Under the pieces are notes generated by a model that was given only the letters and a program-made list of their open reading frames with translations, searched no databases and had not been told where the DNA came from. A DNA stretch of 64,000 nucleotides from Takakia lepidozioides (taxonomy: Eukaryota; Plantae; Bryophyta), in NCBI GenBank assembly GCA_030704615.1, contig CM060731.1:81034001-81098000 (forward strand), written 5' to 3'. This document shows, one piece after another, positions 27,691 through 39,964 of this stretch; position 1 is the stretch's first letter; every line of letters begins with the position of its first letter. The position numbers and the translations under genes are program-made.

Positions 27691-27957
27691 AGGGTTCGAT
27701 CAGTATCCACGACACTCCCATTGAAGGAAACGTTTCAGAAGGGCGATATGGTGAAGGGTGCGTAGGTGAGATGGACCTTGTGGTCTGCAGCAGCTTCGTC
27801 ACTCCTCAACTGATTTCAGAAGGGCTTGTTATGCTTCTTCCATGGAATTTGTTAACTTCCAAGTAAAGCCCACCATGTCCATGGCATGTCACTCTCAGTT
27901 GATTACAGAACGAATCGCACTTTTATGCATGTCACTCAAGTTGCACAGCGAGATTGA

Positions 27958-29030
27958 TCTCTGCAGCAAATGCATCCACCATAATCACTTTTGGCCCAGT
28001 GGGTTTTCAGTGGTCAGACATTTTGCTCTCTCCAGTGCCTCCATAGAGTACAGCAACTGAAAGGCTCTTGTGCAACTAAAGGAGGTCCATCTCTAAGTAG
28101 AACAAAAGATGTGCTAATTCCTTGACATAACCCAGAACGGGTTTCAAGTTAGGGCACAAAACAAAACTACATGGATCCGCACCGATACCTTTTAGTCTCC
28201 CCACCTCAGTAGAGTGATACAAGACGCCACATGCACTCTATCGAGACAAACAAATTCAGCAAGGCCAAATCCTCCACACTCTCAAGCACCTCTCCCAAAG
28301 TAACTTCCCCCTTAATCTTTTCTCTCTCCCCCTAGCCACAGGGAAATTTCTGTCGACCTGAACACTCCAGAGACTCTTGCGAAAATATTGAATTTAGAAG
28401 GCTGAATTCTGCAAGAGTGGTGAAAGCTGTCACATGACCTTCATCAGGTAGTTGACTCACCAAAGAGCAGAAGGAACACATGCAGCAGGTCCCCAATTTG
28501 GGCATTATCCTACTATAAAACTTGACTGCTAGTTCAACAAAACCCAAGTTCACATCAAACAGGAGGGTGACTAACATAAACAGCCACAACTCCAGGTTTA
28601 CTCCATCCTCCCAGGACCAGAGAACCCTGTCAAGACTGGGACTTCCCAACGGCCCCTGACACATGAATCTAGACCTACATGGGGGCAACATCTAACATAA
28701 AAGGGGAGTCACAACAAACCCAGGAATCAATCTCTGCACCAAATGCATCCACCATCATTTGCAGCACCAATTTCACAGTTAACTTATGGCCCAGCAGTTC
28801 AACTGGGCAGAGACCATGAGTCTCGCTGTCTGCCTCCATAGAGTTCATCATCAAGACAACTACCTATTCAGGCTGTTCCGCAGAGCTACCCAGACATCAC
28901 AAAAGAGGGTCCATCCTCCAACAAAAATATGGCACTACATTTCCTAGTCATCCATAACCAAGAATTGGTGTAGATTAGGTACAGAACAAGATTCCATGGA
29001 TCAAAGAGCAATCTTCTTTTACTGATAGGA
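27958..29030. repeat. Old local direct duplication (about 27958-28200 vs about 28730-29030)
   Basis: Collinear blocks atctctgca.caaatgcatccaccat, ggcccag, tgcctccatagagt, ggtccatc, cataacc.agaa, catggatc. Confidence 0.65.
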
Positions 29031-29374
29031 GAACTCCCCAAGGTTGCCAGAACAGTTGTGGAACTGTATCATGCCCAGTGGGAGCCCATCCACTTGTGAT
29101 GGTCAAATTGGACCACTAGAAATAAAGAAAGCACAGCAGAAAGATGACTACCTGAGAGGGAGGCATCGAAAACAGCTAGGCAACATTATCTAGGGTGACA
29201 GATGTGCTCAGTCTCTCAGACCAAATATTATGTACACACATTCAAGTCTCTCCATCTAAACAAACAGAGAGATTATACCCCCAACATGCACTGTGTGTGC
29301 ACACAAAGCAAGCTAACCTTGTAAAATACTTCACTCTCTGTGGCATCTCCCTCCTGTATCTTCTCCTAACCCGT

Positions 29375-29757
<383 letters not shown>

Positions 29758-29872
29758 GGAGAAAATTAGAACAGAAGTTGGTTGACAAGAAAATAGGTGT
29801 GTGGCACATACAGCAACCAAAAGAGTGGGGAGATATAAAACATAAATATAGATAGCCAAGATGGTGTTTCCT

Positions 29873-32800
29873 CTACAACAGAGCCACGAAGACTGGGGTA
29901 TCAGGGCGGGGGCCCACGAGGGTACGATACACATACAATTTGTCAACCTGGACGTCATCGCTCTCAGTATCCTTGATTATCTCAACATTGAGAGAGCGAT
30001 TCTTGTCAGCCAAGAACTGGCATCCATAAAGAGTAACCGGGCAATTTGACATCCACAAAGACCTCATTGACTCATATCTGTGGATTCCGGCAAGGAGGGC
30101 TTCATCTCCAAAGGGGCTATCCCGAATCTCAAGCTTCCGCAGACTGTTGCACCCACTCAAAATGTACTGCATGCCCCGATCACTTTGACCAGCAAATGCT
30201 ACCGAAAGGGTCTCGAGCTGCTTAGCATAGCAGGCAATGTACTGAAAGGTCTTATCGGTCAGCAAGCCAGAGAGAGCAAGACGCCGCAAGCCTTTGCATT
30301 GCTTAACCACCGCCCCGAAAGCTTCATCCAAAGGTTCACCAGTCAAATAGTCGGGCTCATACGGCTCCATTATACACAGGCGAAAGTGTGTCATTCTCTG
30401 GCAATTCCTTGCAAATGTGGCCACTGCAGCATTAGTCATTTGCTTGCAAAAGTAGAGGATCTTCCGCAGGTTGGGGCAACCCTCTGAGATGGCAACCAGA
30501 CCCTCTTCAGTAGCACAACCTTCCTGATTGACAGGATACACCCGAAGCTCTCGCAAGTCCTTGCACGTCATTGCCGCTGCAAGTAGCCCCCTATCGCCCA
30601 CACAATCTTGCACCTAATAGCAAGCACACAGACTTTAATAAAAGTTACAACAAATCATTCCGAGTTTCGCAGACATAGCTGACAAAGCATATGGTTCCCA
30701 TAGCCGATAATAATGCAAACATCAATAGACAACCATGTGTTTCACAGAATCTGGTGATCCACATTATTACCTATGGCAGGCATAAATTAAGCAGCCTGGA
30801 TCACCATCCAAATGGATAGAGCCTCCCAAGATAGGACAAGGAGGTGAACCTGGTTGTTTAGAGCAGTCGTAAGCGTGCATGGAGATTCTGGCTACATACT
30901 TGCTATGTACAGACCCCTGGATCTTAAATATTGAAATGCTTCAATAATGTACCAAGAACCCTAATGGCATAAAATTGCTCTCACCTGACCAACTGCTAGG
31001 TAGGTGGCAAGGGGTAATCAATACTCAATAGATAATAATAAAATGCAGGCCGGTGAATTTCAAGTATACAACACATGGACTTACTGAACCTAGAGATGAT
31101 TCTCCTGCCGACCAGGAAGACCATACATTTAGCTTCTACGGACCCCATTATGATGGGCCTTGTCTTCCATTACTATGTATTGCACAACAGCCCTAAGAAA
31201 TACCTGTGTTAGCTGTGAAGCTCTCTCTCTATCCCTTCCCTTCAGACCCTGATGGGTGTGAAACCCACGCAAGACTCAAGGAGGGTAAATTTCCCACAGG
31301 GTCAACGGCCATAAGGCTATAGCCAGCCAACTTACCAAGAGGACGGGAACATTTGATCTTCCCTTCCCCATCTTTTCTTCAAGGGCTCAAAAGAGGGATC
31401 ACAAGCTAGACTCCAGCACTGAAAGGGGGTGACACAAGCCAAAGGAGACCAGCGGAGGGAGGACAGGTGCTACATATACCCTCGATAACCACAATTCTTG
31501 ACTTCCAAAGATGATAGATAACCAAGTGCATCACCCCTAGTCACAAACAAGAAGATAAGAAAACTGTAGAGAAGGACCACATGTGTTTGTAGTTGTGAAT
31601 TCTTATTTAGCGAGTTCTTATTGATGAGAGAAAAGCGCCAGTTCTCTTGACAAGGTGGAACCCACCAGCAGGCGCTGCAGCTTATGGCAGTAGCTGATGA
31701 GCTTCGCAAAGTCGGTGGTTGGTACGAGAACGTCACTCAGGTTGAGGCTGGTTAAGTTCAGGCAGACCGGCCACAAAGTTGGGATACACGTTGGCACCAC
31801 CTCCCAGATCCCTGAGATACTCCGGATATTTTTACACCTCACCAGGGCAGACTGAAGTTCGGAAAGCTGCGCCCACGAAAGGTTCTGAGAATAAGATCCA
31901 GTGCCCAGCTCAGTCAACTGGGGGGCCCGTTGAAGAAGCCGTTGCAGCTGTTCAAGGTTAATTTCCTTGTTCAACTTCAATCGCGTCAGGGAGGGGCATC
32001 GTGCCACCAGGTTCTCAAGTGCGTTGAAGTCGACATAGTCAACTATACTGCGGACTGTGGCAAAGTTGAGAGACACCAGCGATGTATACGTCTCGGGAAA
32101 GCTGCTTAACCATTCGCCACCCCGAATCTCAATGTCATTCTCCACAAGTTCCAGTTCAGCTAGGTTCCTGCATTCCAATTCCACCCATCATTTGAACTGC
32201 TGAGTCAACACATGTATGTTTGACATCTTCAACACAAAGGCCCTTCACTGCAACCCTTACTCATCCACAGGGCTTGTGAGATCAAGATTAGCACTTCACC
32301 TGCAGAAGTCCCATTATCTGCTCTAAGAGATCCACCTCCTAGGATCCAACACACTTCCCAATAAACCCTACATCTGTCCTGTTTGCAACTATTCCCTTCG
32401 GATTAAGCAAGCAAGCTCCATGAAACCCCTGAGATTCAAAGCCAACAGACCCTTCCCAGATTGGACCTTCAAAGCTCAAACCCCACTTCTTGGTCCCCAC
32501 AACTCAATCCAGGAGGAAATGGTGCTTATTGTGCATAGAAGTAACCCACCTCCCTATACAAGTACTCGCACACCCTCCCTTTGTCCTATACGCCCTTCTG
32601 ATTGTCAGCTTTCCCTCTCTAAACTCCCTGATCTATCAAGGTCTGGCGACACACCCTCCTCACTACTTTCCTCCCCACTTCCTGATCCCCACCACTCAAT
32701 CCAGGAGGAAATGGTGCTTATCGGGCCTGGAAGTAACCCACCTCCCTATGCAAGTACTCACACAACCTCCCTTTGTCACATACGTCCTTCTGACTGTCAG

Positions 32801-33417
32801 CTTTGCCTCTCTAAACTCCCTGATCTATCTAAGGTCTAGCAACAAAACCTCCTCATTACTTTCTTTCCATATTCGTCAAGGACCTCATTTGGACTGACTT
32901 GTCACCGTCTAAATGCTTCGCTAAAGAACAAACCTACAAAACAGAAAGAAAGCAGTGCTCACCGGCAGTTTCTTGTGACCTCTGCCAGCCCATCAGTGCT
33001 GAAACCATCGCAACTAGTTAGAGACAAGACTCGGAAGTTGGGAAAAGACCGGACCAATATTGACAGGCTCTCATCAGACACTGTCATGCGCTTGAGGCAG
33101 AGTTCCTCCAGCCCTAGGGAAGCCCTAGCCATAGCAACGATCCAAGGAAATACGAAAGCTCCCCAGTTCATGGGAACGAGCCCAAAATCAGTGAATCTTG
33201 GTCGTCCTTTCATGACAAGTGCCTTCATCTTTGGAAACCGCCCAATCAGATGTTCTGGGGAAGTAGCATAACAGTTTCCAATGAACACTCTCTTTCTACT
33301 CCATGCTTCTGTCCTGCACCACGCCCTGCAGACCAGAGATACGGCGTTTCTGTCCGTGTGCGACGTCAGGAAGACTAGCACATGCTCTAGTACCTCATCA
33401 GGGAAGGAGGAGGGCAT
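29873..33417 (-). CDS. TIR1: TIR1/AFB auxin receptor F-box-LRR protein, 3 exons, about 565 aa (possible N-terminal extension from ATG 33450 or 33540)
   Basis: Exons 33417-32963, 32167-31666, 30613-29873 (1698 nt, phase-consistent, canonical TIR1 intron positions). Motifs [117 protein letters not shown]. Confidence 0.97.
32481..32862. repeat. 192-bp tandem duplication in TIR1 intron 1
   Basis: Units start at ccccactt 32481 and 32673 and share actcaatccaggaggaaatggtgctta and ctctctaaactccctgatctatc. Confidence 0.92.
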
Positions 33418-36029
33418 CTCTCCCTCCCTCTCGCTCTCTAGAGATTCCATAACTGGCTCCTTTACTATATACTTGATAGGTTTCCCTGACCCCTCTATTC
33501 TCTTCTTAGATTCCTCATTGTTCCAGACCCCTCGAACCATGATCCCCAATACATGGCATATGCCTCTTCAATCTATCCAGCCGCATCCACCTGCAGCAGC
33601 AGTCAGCTCTTTACGGCCTGGGCTCCAGACACATGTTTACCTCTTTGCCTGCCTCCTTCACATCTGTTAGAAAGTGCTCAGGACTTCCACCTAATCCCGT
33701 GATGATGTGGAGAGACTTCCCACACAGGGAAATATCATCCCTCTTTCATTCACGACTAGGCTCTCCACAGCAATAAAGGCGTTCTTTCTACTGCACCTGT
33801 GAATTACAAGCCAGGATTTCAGTCGAGTGTGGTCCTCCAGGACCTGAGTAAAGAGGTGGCCCTTGTTTATCACTTCTTCAACGAATAAAGAGGCAGCTAA
33901 TCAAAGATCTTTGCTTGTGAAGCCCTGACTCCACCTGGACCCACACTCCATCCCCCATCAAGTAGCTATCAGTGGTCTGTGCACCATGTAAGCCTCGTCG
34001 CTCGACTGGAGTTTACGACGATATCGCACCTAAGCTTGACCTCGGCTTCACCCAGATGCTCCACTGCATGTAGCTTGTCTCCTTCACAGGATACAACCAT
34101 AGGCCCTGATACTGACCGAATGCTTACACAACACACCGATAGGTCCTGCAATTTCCACAAACGGCAATGTGGCGATCACAAAATAAATGCTCCCCTTCGT
34201 CCTGGTTCAGCTGTTCGATCCCTCAGAAAACAATTCCGAAAACTGTTCGAGTACACATGTATTTCACCAGACTCATGCATCACGGAGGCTATTCCAGAAC
34301 AGCGCCTGCAATACTGTAAAAGTGCCTATGTTGGATGCTTCACAAGAAGCACCCAAGGCTATCAGCCAGCTTACTTTGCGGTGCCTCGATAGGTTTCCGG
34401 CTCAACCATCACCTATCTGTCCCTGGCTCAATCAAACGTTATAGTCCGAAAACCGACGTCAAGCCACGGCCGAGCAACCTGAGCTAGAATAAATGTGTGT
34501 TGACAATAACACGCATCGAACCCGCTTACCTACTGCGAGCGCAAGACACATAAAATGGCCAAGAAACGGACAAAGACGGTGGTTCACTACTCACTACTCC
34601 AAAGCCGGAACACCTCGGAAGAACAGAGAAGCGGAAGAAGAAACAAACGAAGGGAAGTGACCAAAAAGAACAAAAAAACTTGGACCTTTTGCTAAGGACG
34701 GGAGAAGCGAGATCTGGATACAAAGAATGGTGAAGATATTATAGTTGCGAGCCGGAAGTGAAACCCGTAAGACATGAAAGTGAAGCGCGGTGTGAGTCGA
34801 AGAGGAAGCGGAAGCTTCCGCTAAAAGCTAGGAGTGGCAAAGTGGATGTGACCAACAGACGAGATGCGAGAGCGGCAGACGAAACACAGACTCTGACACG
34901 GGACTGGAACCAAGGGCCCCCACGCTAGCGAGACCCACCACGAGACCACAGGGTAAACAAATCTAAGACAGCAGTTACAGCCACCACAGACAGCGACAGC
35001 TGCACGAGATAACGATGTCCCGGTTGCACACGAGACAGCGACTTGACAACGACCTCAAAGCACTGCGAACGACAGTCTGCAGAGCACCTCCCCCGTACAA
35101 AGCACTCACAGCGCGCGAGCAAACAAACTCGAGCGAGCGAAGCGATCGAGCAGCGCAGTGCGAGCGAGACCGACGCAGCGAGAGAGACGACCAGCCTGGA
35201 ATCTACCCCTCTCTTACCTCGCCAGTTTACCCCCTCACCCATTTCGCCGTAATTCTCCCCATCGCCATTTTCCGCATAATTACGGCTAAACCAAGTCCGA
35301 GGCTCCTTGTACGCTCAAGATCTTGCTATCGTACTCAGATATGGATATATCTACAACTACGTACATATCTGTATGTATTGTACGAGGCAGAATGTACGTA
35401 GAGTATGGCGGTGATTGGGGGTTGACTGATAAGGGCCCCACTCCATTTTCTTTGTGCAGACGGGCAGACGGGCAGACCACAAAGGAAATGTTTCTGCGTT
35501 TTTGGCTCAGTAGGGTGCTTTGAATGATGTTGGACTGGGCTCCGTATATAGAAGACAGTAAAAAGACAATTAGGATATATTTAGTTGGTGTAATGAAAGA
35601 GAATTAAGATCATTTTTTTTCTGTCAGTGTATTTGGTTCATAAACACAAGCGGCTAGTCGGGTGATGGCTCTTTCATCCCTACTTCAACGAATAAAACCT
35701 CACAGAATGGTCTACTTTTCATCCATTTCTTTTCCTGAAGCCAAGGGGGGTGTTACTTGGGGAGGGTAGAAGAGGATGAAACTGGCGTTTGGCAGCGAGG
35801 AGGAGAATTATGACTCCATTGCACAGCTGTCCTGCAGGTTAAAAAATAAAAAACTGGGTATGGATAATATTTTACTGGGGGCTGATCGCGCGTGCGGCTG
35901 TCAGTGGCACATGTGAGCGTGCTATAATAACATTGAATGTGGGGCAAGGGTGTGATAAAGGTACCCTACAGTTATTACCCAAAGCTCTAGTGTATTTTGC
36001 AGGACAAAAACCCAAAAAAAAAAAAAAAA

Positions 36030-37050
36030 AAAAACTTCATTCCATAAAATGCAAAAAGCAACATACACATGAAGGGACCCTGAGGGGGGAATATTGATGA
36101 TTGACTATCATCGCCACCTTTGCAATCATACTACATCGTGTATACATACGTATTCGTATTCGTATTCATTTCATGGTACTACTACGACCCAGAAAGGCCA
36201 GCAGCAGCCATCCTCTTCACTGTTTAGCAAATGTTTTGTTGAGTTGCTGCAAGGAGAGGGGAAGATGTCGAAGCAGCCATCGCAAGATTTTGGGATTGCA
36301 TACTCGGAGGTTGAAGCACTCCAACTCAGTCTCCTAAGTAGTTCAGAGCTTAACAACAATGACACGTTCATATTGTTTCTATATTGATGAAGAAAACTAA
36401 TGTGAATGGCAGAATCATGCATGGTAGCCAATAGACGATTCTGAAAAATCCCAATCCAAAAGAGGCAATGTGCACACTCTTGCATTGAGCTTCTCTGCAA
36501 TGCCCAAATCTTTAGCAGCTCCAGAATGAGGACCAACAACACTAGCTCTTCGTCATCCATCTTGAACCCAGCTGTAACAGAGTAGAGCATTCCCCTCCTC
36601 TGTTGATGTGCCTTCCTAATCGCGGAAAAAAATACAGTATGTAAATCAAAGAGAAGCCGAAGCGAAGAAGAAAAGACGGGTGGCCGAAGCAGCAAGGAGG
36701 AAAAGAACTTAAGGAGATTTTAGCCTTTCCACGTAGCATATAATTATTTGATGAGGTAATATAGGTAACATCTTCCTAGTTAACTAAAAGCATACAATAA
36801 ACAGTGTTTTCTATATATTACAATTGAAAATTAACTTTGCAGTGGGCCCGGTGTGAACATTTTCTTTTTCTTTTCTTTTTTCCTGAGAGGAAGCCCATTA
36901 AAAGCTTTATCTGAATTATTGAAGAGAAATTCCCTTTAACAAAAACAAAAAGAGAAAAAACATTTTTTAAAGTTACATGCGAGATGGTATATTACCATCA
37001 AATGCTAAGTAAGCAATGCCAAAGTGAGGTAACATGTGGTGTGAATGGTA
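36030..37050 (-). mobile_element. Degenerate dispersed repeat (Harbinger-like relic), copy B
   Basis: 36340-36760 is homologous to 4950-5390. 36040-36150 is homologous to 25712-25840 (aagggaccc..attgatgattga.tatcat.gccacctttgcaatcat). 36765-37050 is homologous, in inverted orientation, to 5400-5552 plus 6380-6397. Confidence 0.55.
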
Positions 37051-37623
37051 CCTATGTAGGTACAACCCTATGTAGAGCACACATGGCAGTAGTTAGATGT
37101 TTCTAATGCAGGAGATAGGTTAGAAAGTTAGAATAAGGTAATTGTGTAGATTGTGTATCTTGTGAGTATCTACTAGTGTTATGTGGGTAGATCATTTATC
37201 CTTATCCTGATTTCCCCTCCAGATAATTTCGGGCAAATGATCTACTTGCACAACACTGGTATCTACAAAGCTCTGAATTCCAACATTGATTGGTTTGAGG
37301 GGACTTGTGTTCTATGTTCCGTCTTTGTTAGTGGTGGGCTAGGATAGGGGGCGCATCTTCTCTGTTTGGATTGAATGGCATTTCATGTGAAGAATTGTTT
37401 ATAAGCAATGTGTATTGCAAAGTCGTGATAGTTCCTCTGCCAGCGTGTTCTCACAGTCCGCCTTCATCTTCGTCTTGCACTATTTCCCACGAGGCATGAG
37501 CCCATGGCCCCTAAGAACACTCCATGATGTGCCTCTGCCCCGCTTTAAACACAAGGTACATTTTAAGTTTAACGCCGACCCTCCCTACAAGGTCACAGCC
37601 ATTTATCCTGTGTTAAGTTTGAC

Positions 37624-37785
37624 AACCAAGTTGTAGCCCAGCGGTAATGGGCACATACCACCTTGGAAGTGGTTGTGGGGTCAATCCACCCTTGGTGTCA
37701 CAAAGGTGTCCACCTTCCTAGCGGAAGGCAGTAATCCTTCAGGGTGAAGAGACACCATAATTTAGCCTTCCTTCGGGAGGCGTCT

Positions 37786-37802
<17 letters not shown>
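37624..37802 (+). mobile_element. tRNA-derived SINE
   Basis: A-box-like TAGCCCAGCGG, B-box-like GGGTCAATCC, about 170-bp body and (TA)n tail. Two more copies at 62455-62790. Confidence 0.75.
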
Positions 37803-37816
<14 letters not shown>

Positions 37817-39459
37817 TAAGTTTTTTTAATCTTTATACAGTCTATGACGGTAGATATATTTGAACGGCTTCGGATGAGCCTCACATATCAGTGCTTCCCA
37901 TTCATCAGGGTCGTCCTAATGGTACGTCTGACGCGCTTCGACGTGCACGGTGGATTTTTTTCCCATGTCGGCATCCGGTGGGAAGCCCCCACCACTCCAC
38001 TCAAAGAATCCTCCAATACAACACACATTGTTGGAATGTTAAAATAATAACTCACAGTAACAATGGGCCCTTAGTATGATTTGTACGCGATTCGCTTTGT
38101 GTATAGAGGCAGGGAAGGCGCGCACATGGACTTTAGCTGACAGCAACAGTACAAAGACTCATAGAGAAGATTACAGAAATGTCAGGGACACTGGGGGTAC
38201 CAATAAAACAACTGTATAGATATTTTTCTTGCTTCAACGTAACTCCCTTCAATAGTCTGTGACGCAAGGGATACAAAATATGCAAGAGAATTGCAAGCAA
38301 GAGAAAGGCAAGACGAAAAAATCACATAAATGAATGGAAAACTCGGGGTAGAAACAAAATAATCCTATAGTGAATTCGAGTGGCTTCTCGCTTCACAACA
38401 ACACCTCACCCAACAGTTTGTAACACAAGGAATTGAAAACATGTAGTAAGGAATTGCCTATAATACCACTTCAATCAGGAGCATATCTTTCAACACATTC
38501 ATGCACATGAGAAGATGCATTGACGTGGTTGCCATCAATTGAAACACTCAAGCTACAACATGGGGAGTGATAGGTGACGTCTCACCTTCGAATCGACAGC
38601 TCCGATGTGTGGGTGTAGACTAGTGTTGGACCGGTATACGTGGTCAAACCTCAGTATGTAGTAAGGTATGAGTAATGGTTTGAATAACCATACCCTACTA
38701 TTATGAAAGAACATGTAATATACCCAGGAGCATAACCTCCTGGAATGGATATTAAAATAAGCCTTTGCAGCTTTGTTTGCATCTTCACTTGTTTGCGAAA
38801 TGATGATTGTTTGGGATGGAAGGTTGAAGTGGTATGCCCTTTGGGTTTAGAGTTATCTCCAATGGTTTTTTTTTCCATCGATCTTGCAATTCTTCTGATT
38901 ATGGAATGCATGTTTTTCTCAGATTTGCAGGATTGTATTGGGGACGAAGCATGTGATATTATGATCACCACCGAGCCGGCTGAGACCACTTGCATGGAGT
39001 CTGGGTTGCGGCAACCTGTGGAGAGTCTGGATGAGGTGCGAGCTATTGAAGAATTAGCTGCATCAAAGGTTAGGTATGCAACTCTTGCCAAGAACCACCG
39101 ATTTGGGTGCCCTTCCATTATTCTAGTGTCGTATGGGCATTCTTTAGTCTTCGCGACTAGACAAGTGCGCGTAATATAACTGCACTTCAAATTATGAGGT
39201 GCATTCTTTGCCATAATCCCAGCTCTTTCTTTGAGCCACCTGCAAGCTCTCAGAGCTCCGAGCAACCCACCAAGCGAGCCATGAAGGGCTTGGCCCAATA
39301 TAACCCTAGCTGCCATGGATCTATCTCCATGAAGAACCACCTGTTTAAATGAGCATGCGAATGATTTTACACGATACAAGACAGAGTCCGAAACTGCTGA
39401 AAGTGGGATGGGGGAAGGCAGGAAGAAATGCAAAAAATTGAAAGGTTGTGAATCCCTCA

Positions 39460-39964
39460 GCAATCACTGATCACTTTGGAGGTCAAGAAGGTAATTACAA
39501 AAAAAATGATCTTCCACATCGAGGACTTGGCTTCACTTTTGATGCTTCAGTGTCAGCCGATGAAATCAATGAGGCAATGTTTGCATCTGAGCTACGATTA
39601 TTTCGTTGCATGGCTGTTGTGAATGCAGAGACAGTGAACGTGGTGGAAAGAGCATGTACTGAGGTTCCCCAATGTCGCCTCCTTAGTTCGACAGATCCTT
39701 GGAATTCTGGGATCGCAGATTGAGACTAATTGGATTTTTTCAATGGTGGGACTCCTCATCAACTCGCGACGTTGTCATCTTGGAATTATCAATCTTGACT
39801 CGCTTGTGATGATCTACAAGAACTGGCAAGAAGACGCAATGGATAGATGTTCATTTGCGTCCTCTATTGTCGCAGAAGTCTACTCCGCAGAGGCAGAGTT
39901 TCTTGATAACCACGAGGACGAGTTGGGGGGGGGGGACTTACAAGAGAATTTCTCTCTAATTTGA
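39460..39964 (+). pseudogene. hAT transposase C-terminal dimerisation domain remnant
   Basis: From 39641: WWKEHVLRFPNVASLVRQILGILGSQIETNWIF, then after a frameshift MVGLLINSRRCHLGIINLDSLVMIYKNW. This matches the hATC consensus WW....FP.L...AR..L.IP.S....ER.FS.......R..L....LD.L. Confidence 0.85.

Noticed and set aside
30051-30071. miR393 target site in TIR1
   Set aside because: The equivalent sequence agtcaatgaggtctttgtgga has many mismatches to the angiosperm site, so it is not a credible target.
38651-39463. 270-aa minus-strand ORF
   Set aside because: No recognisable motifs, a non-ATG start, and it lies opposite and adjacent to a decayed hAT element.
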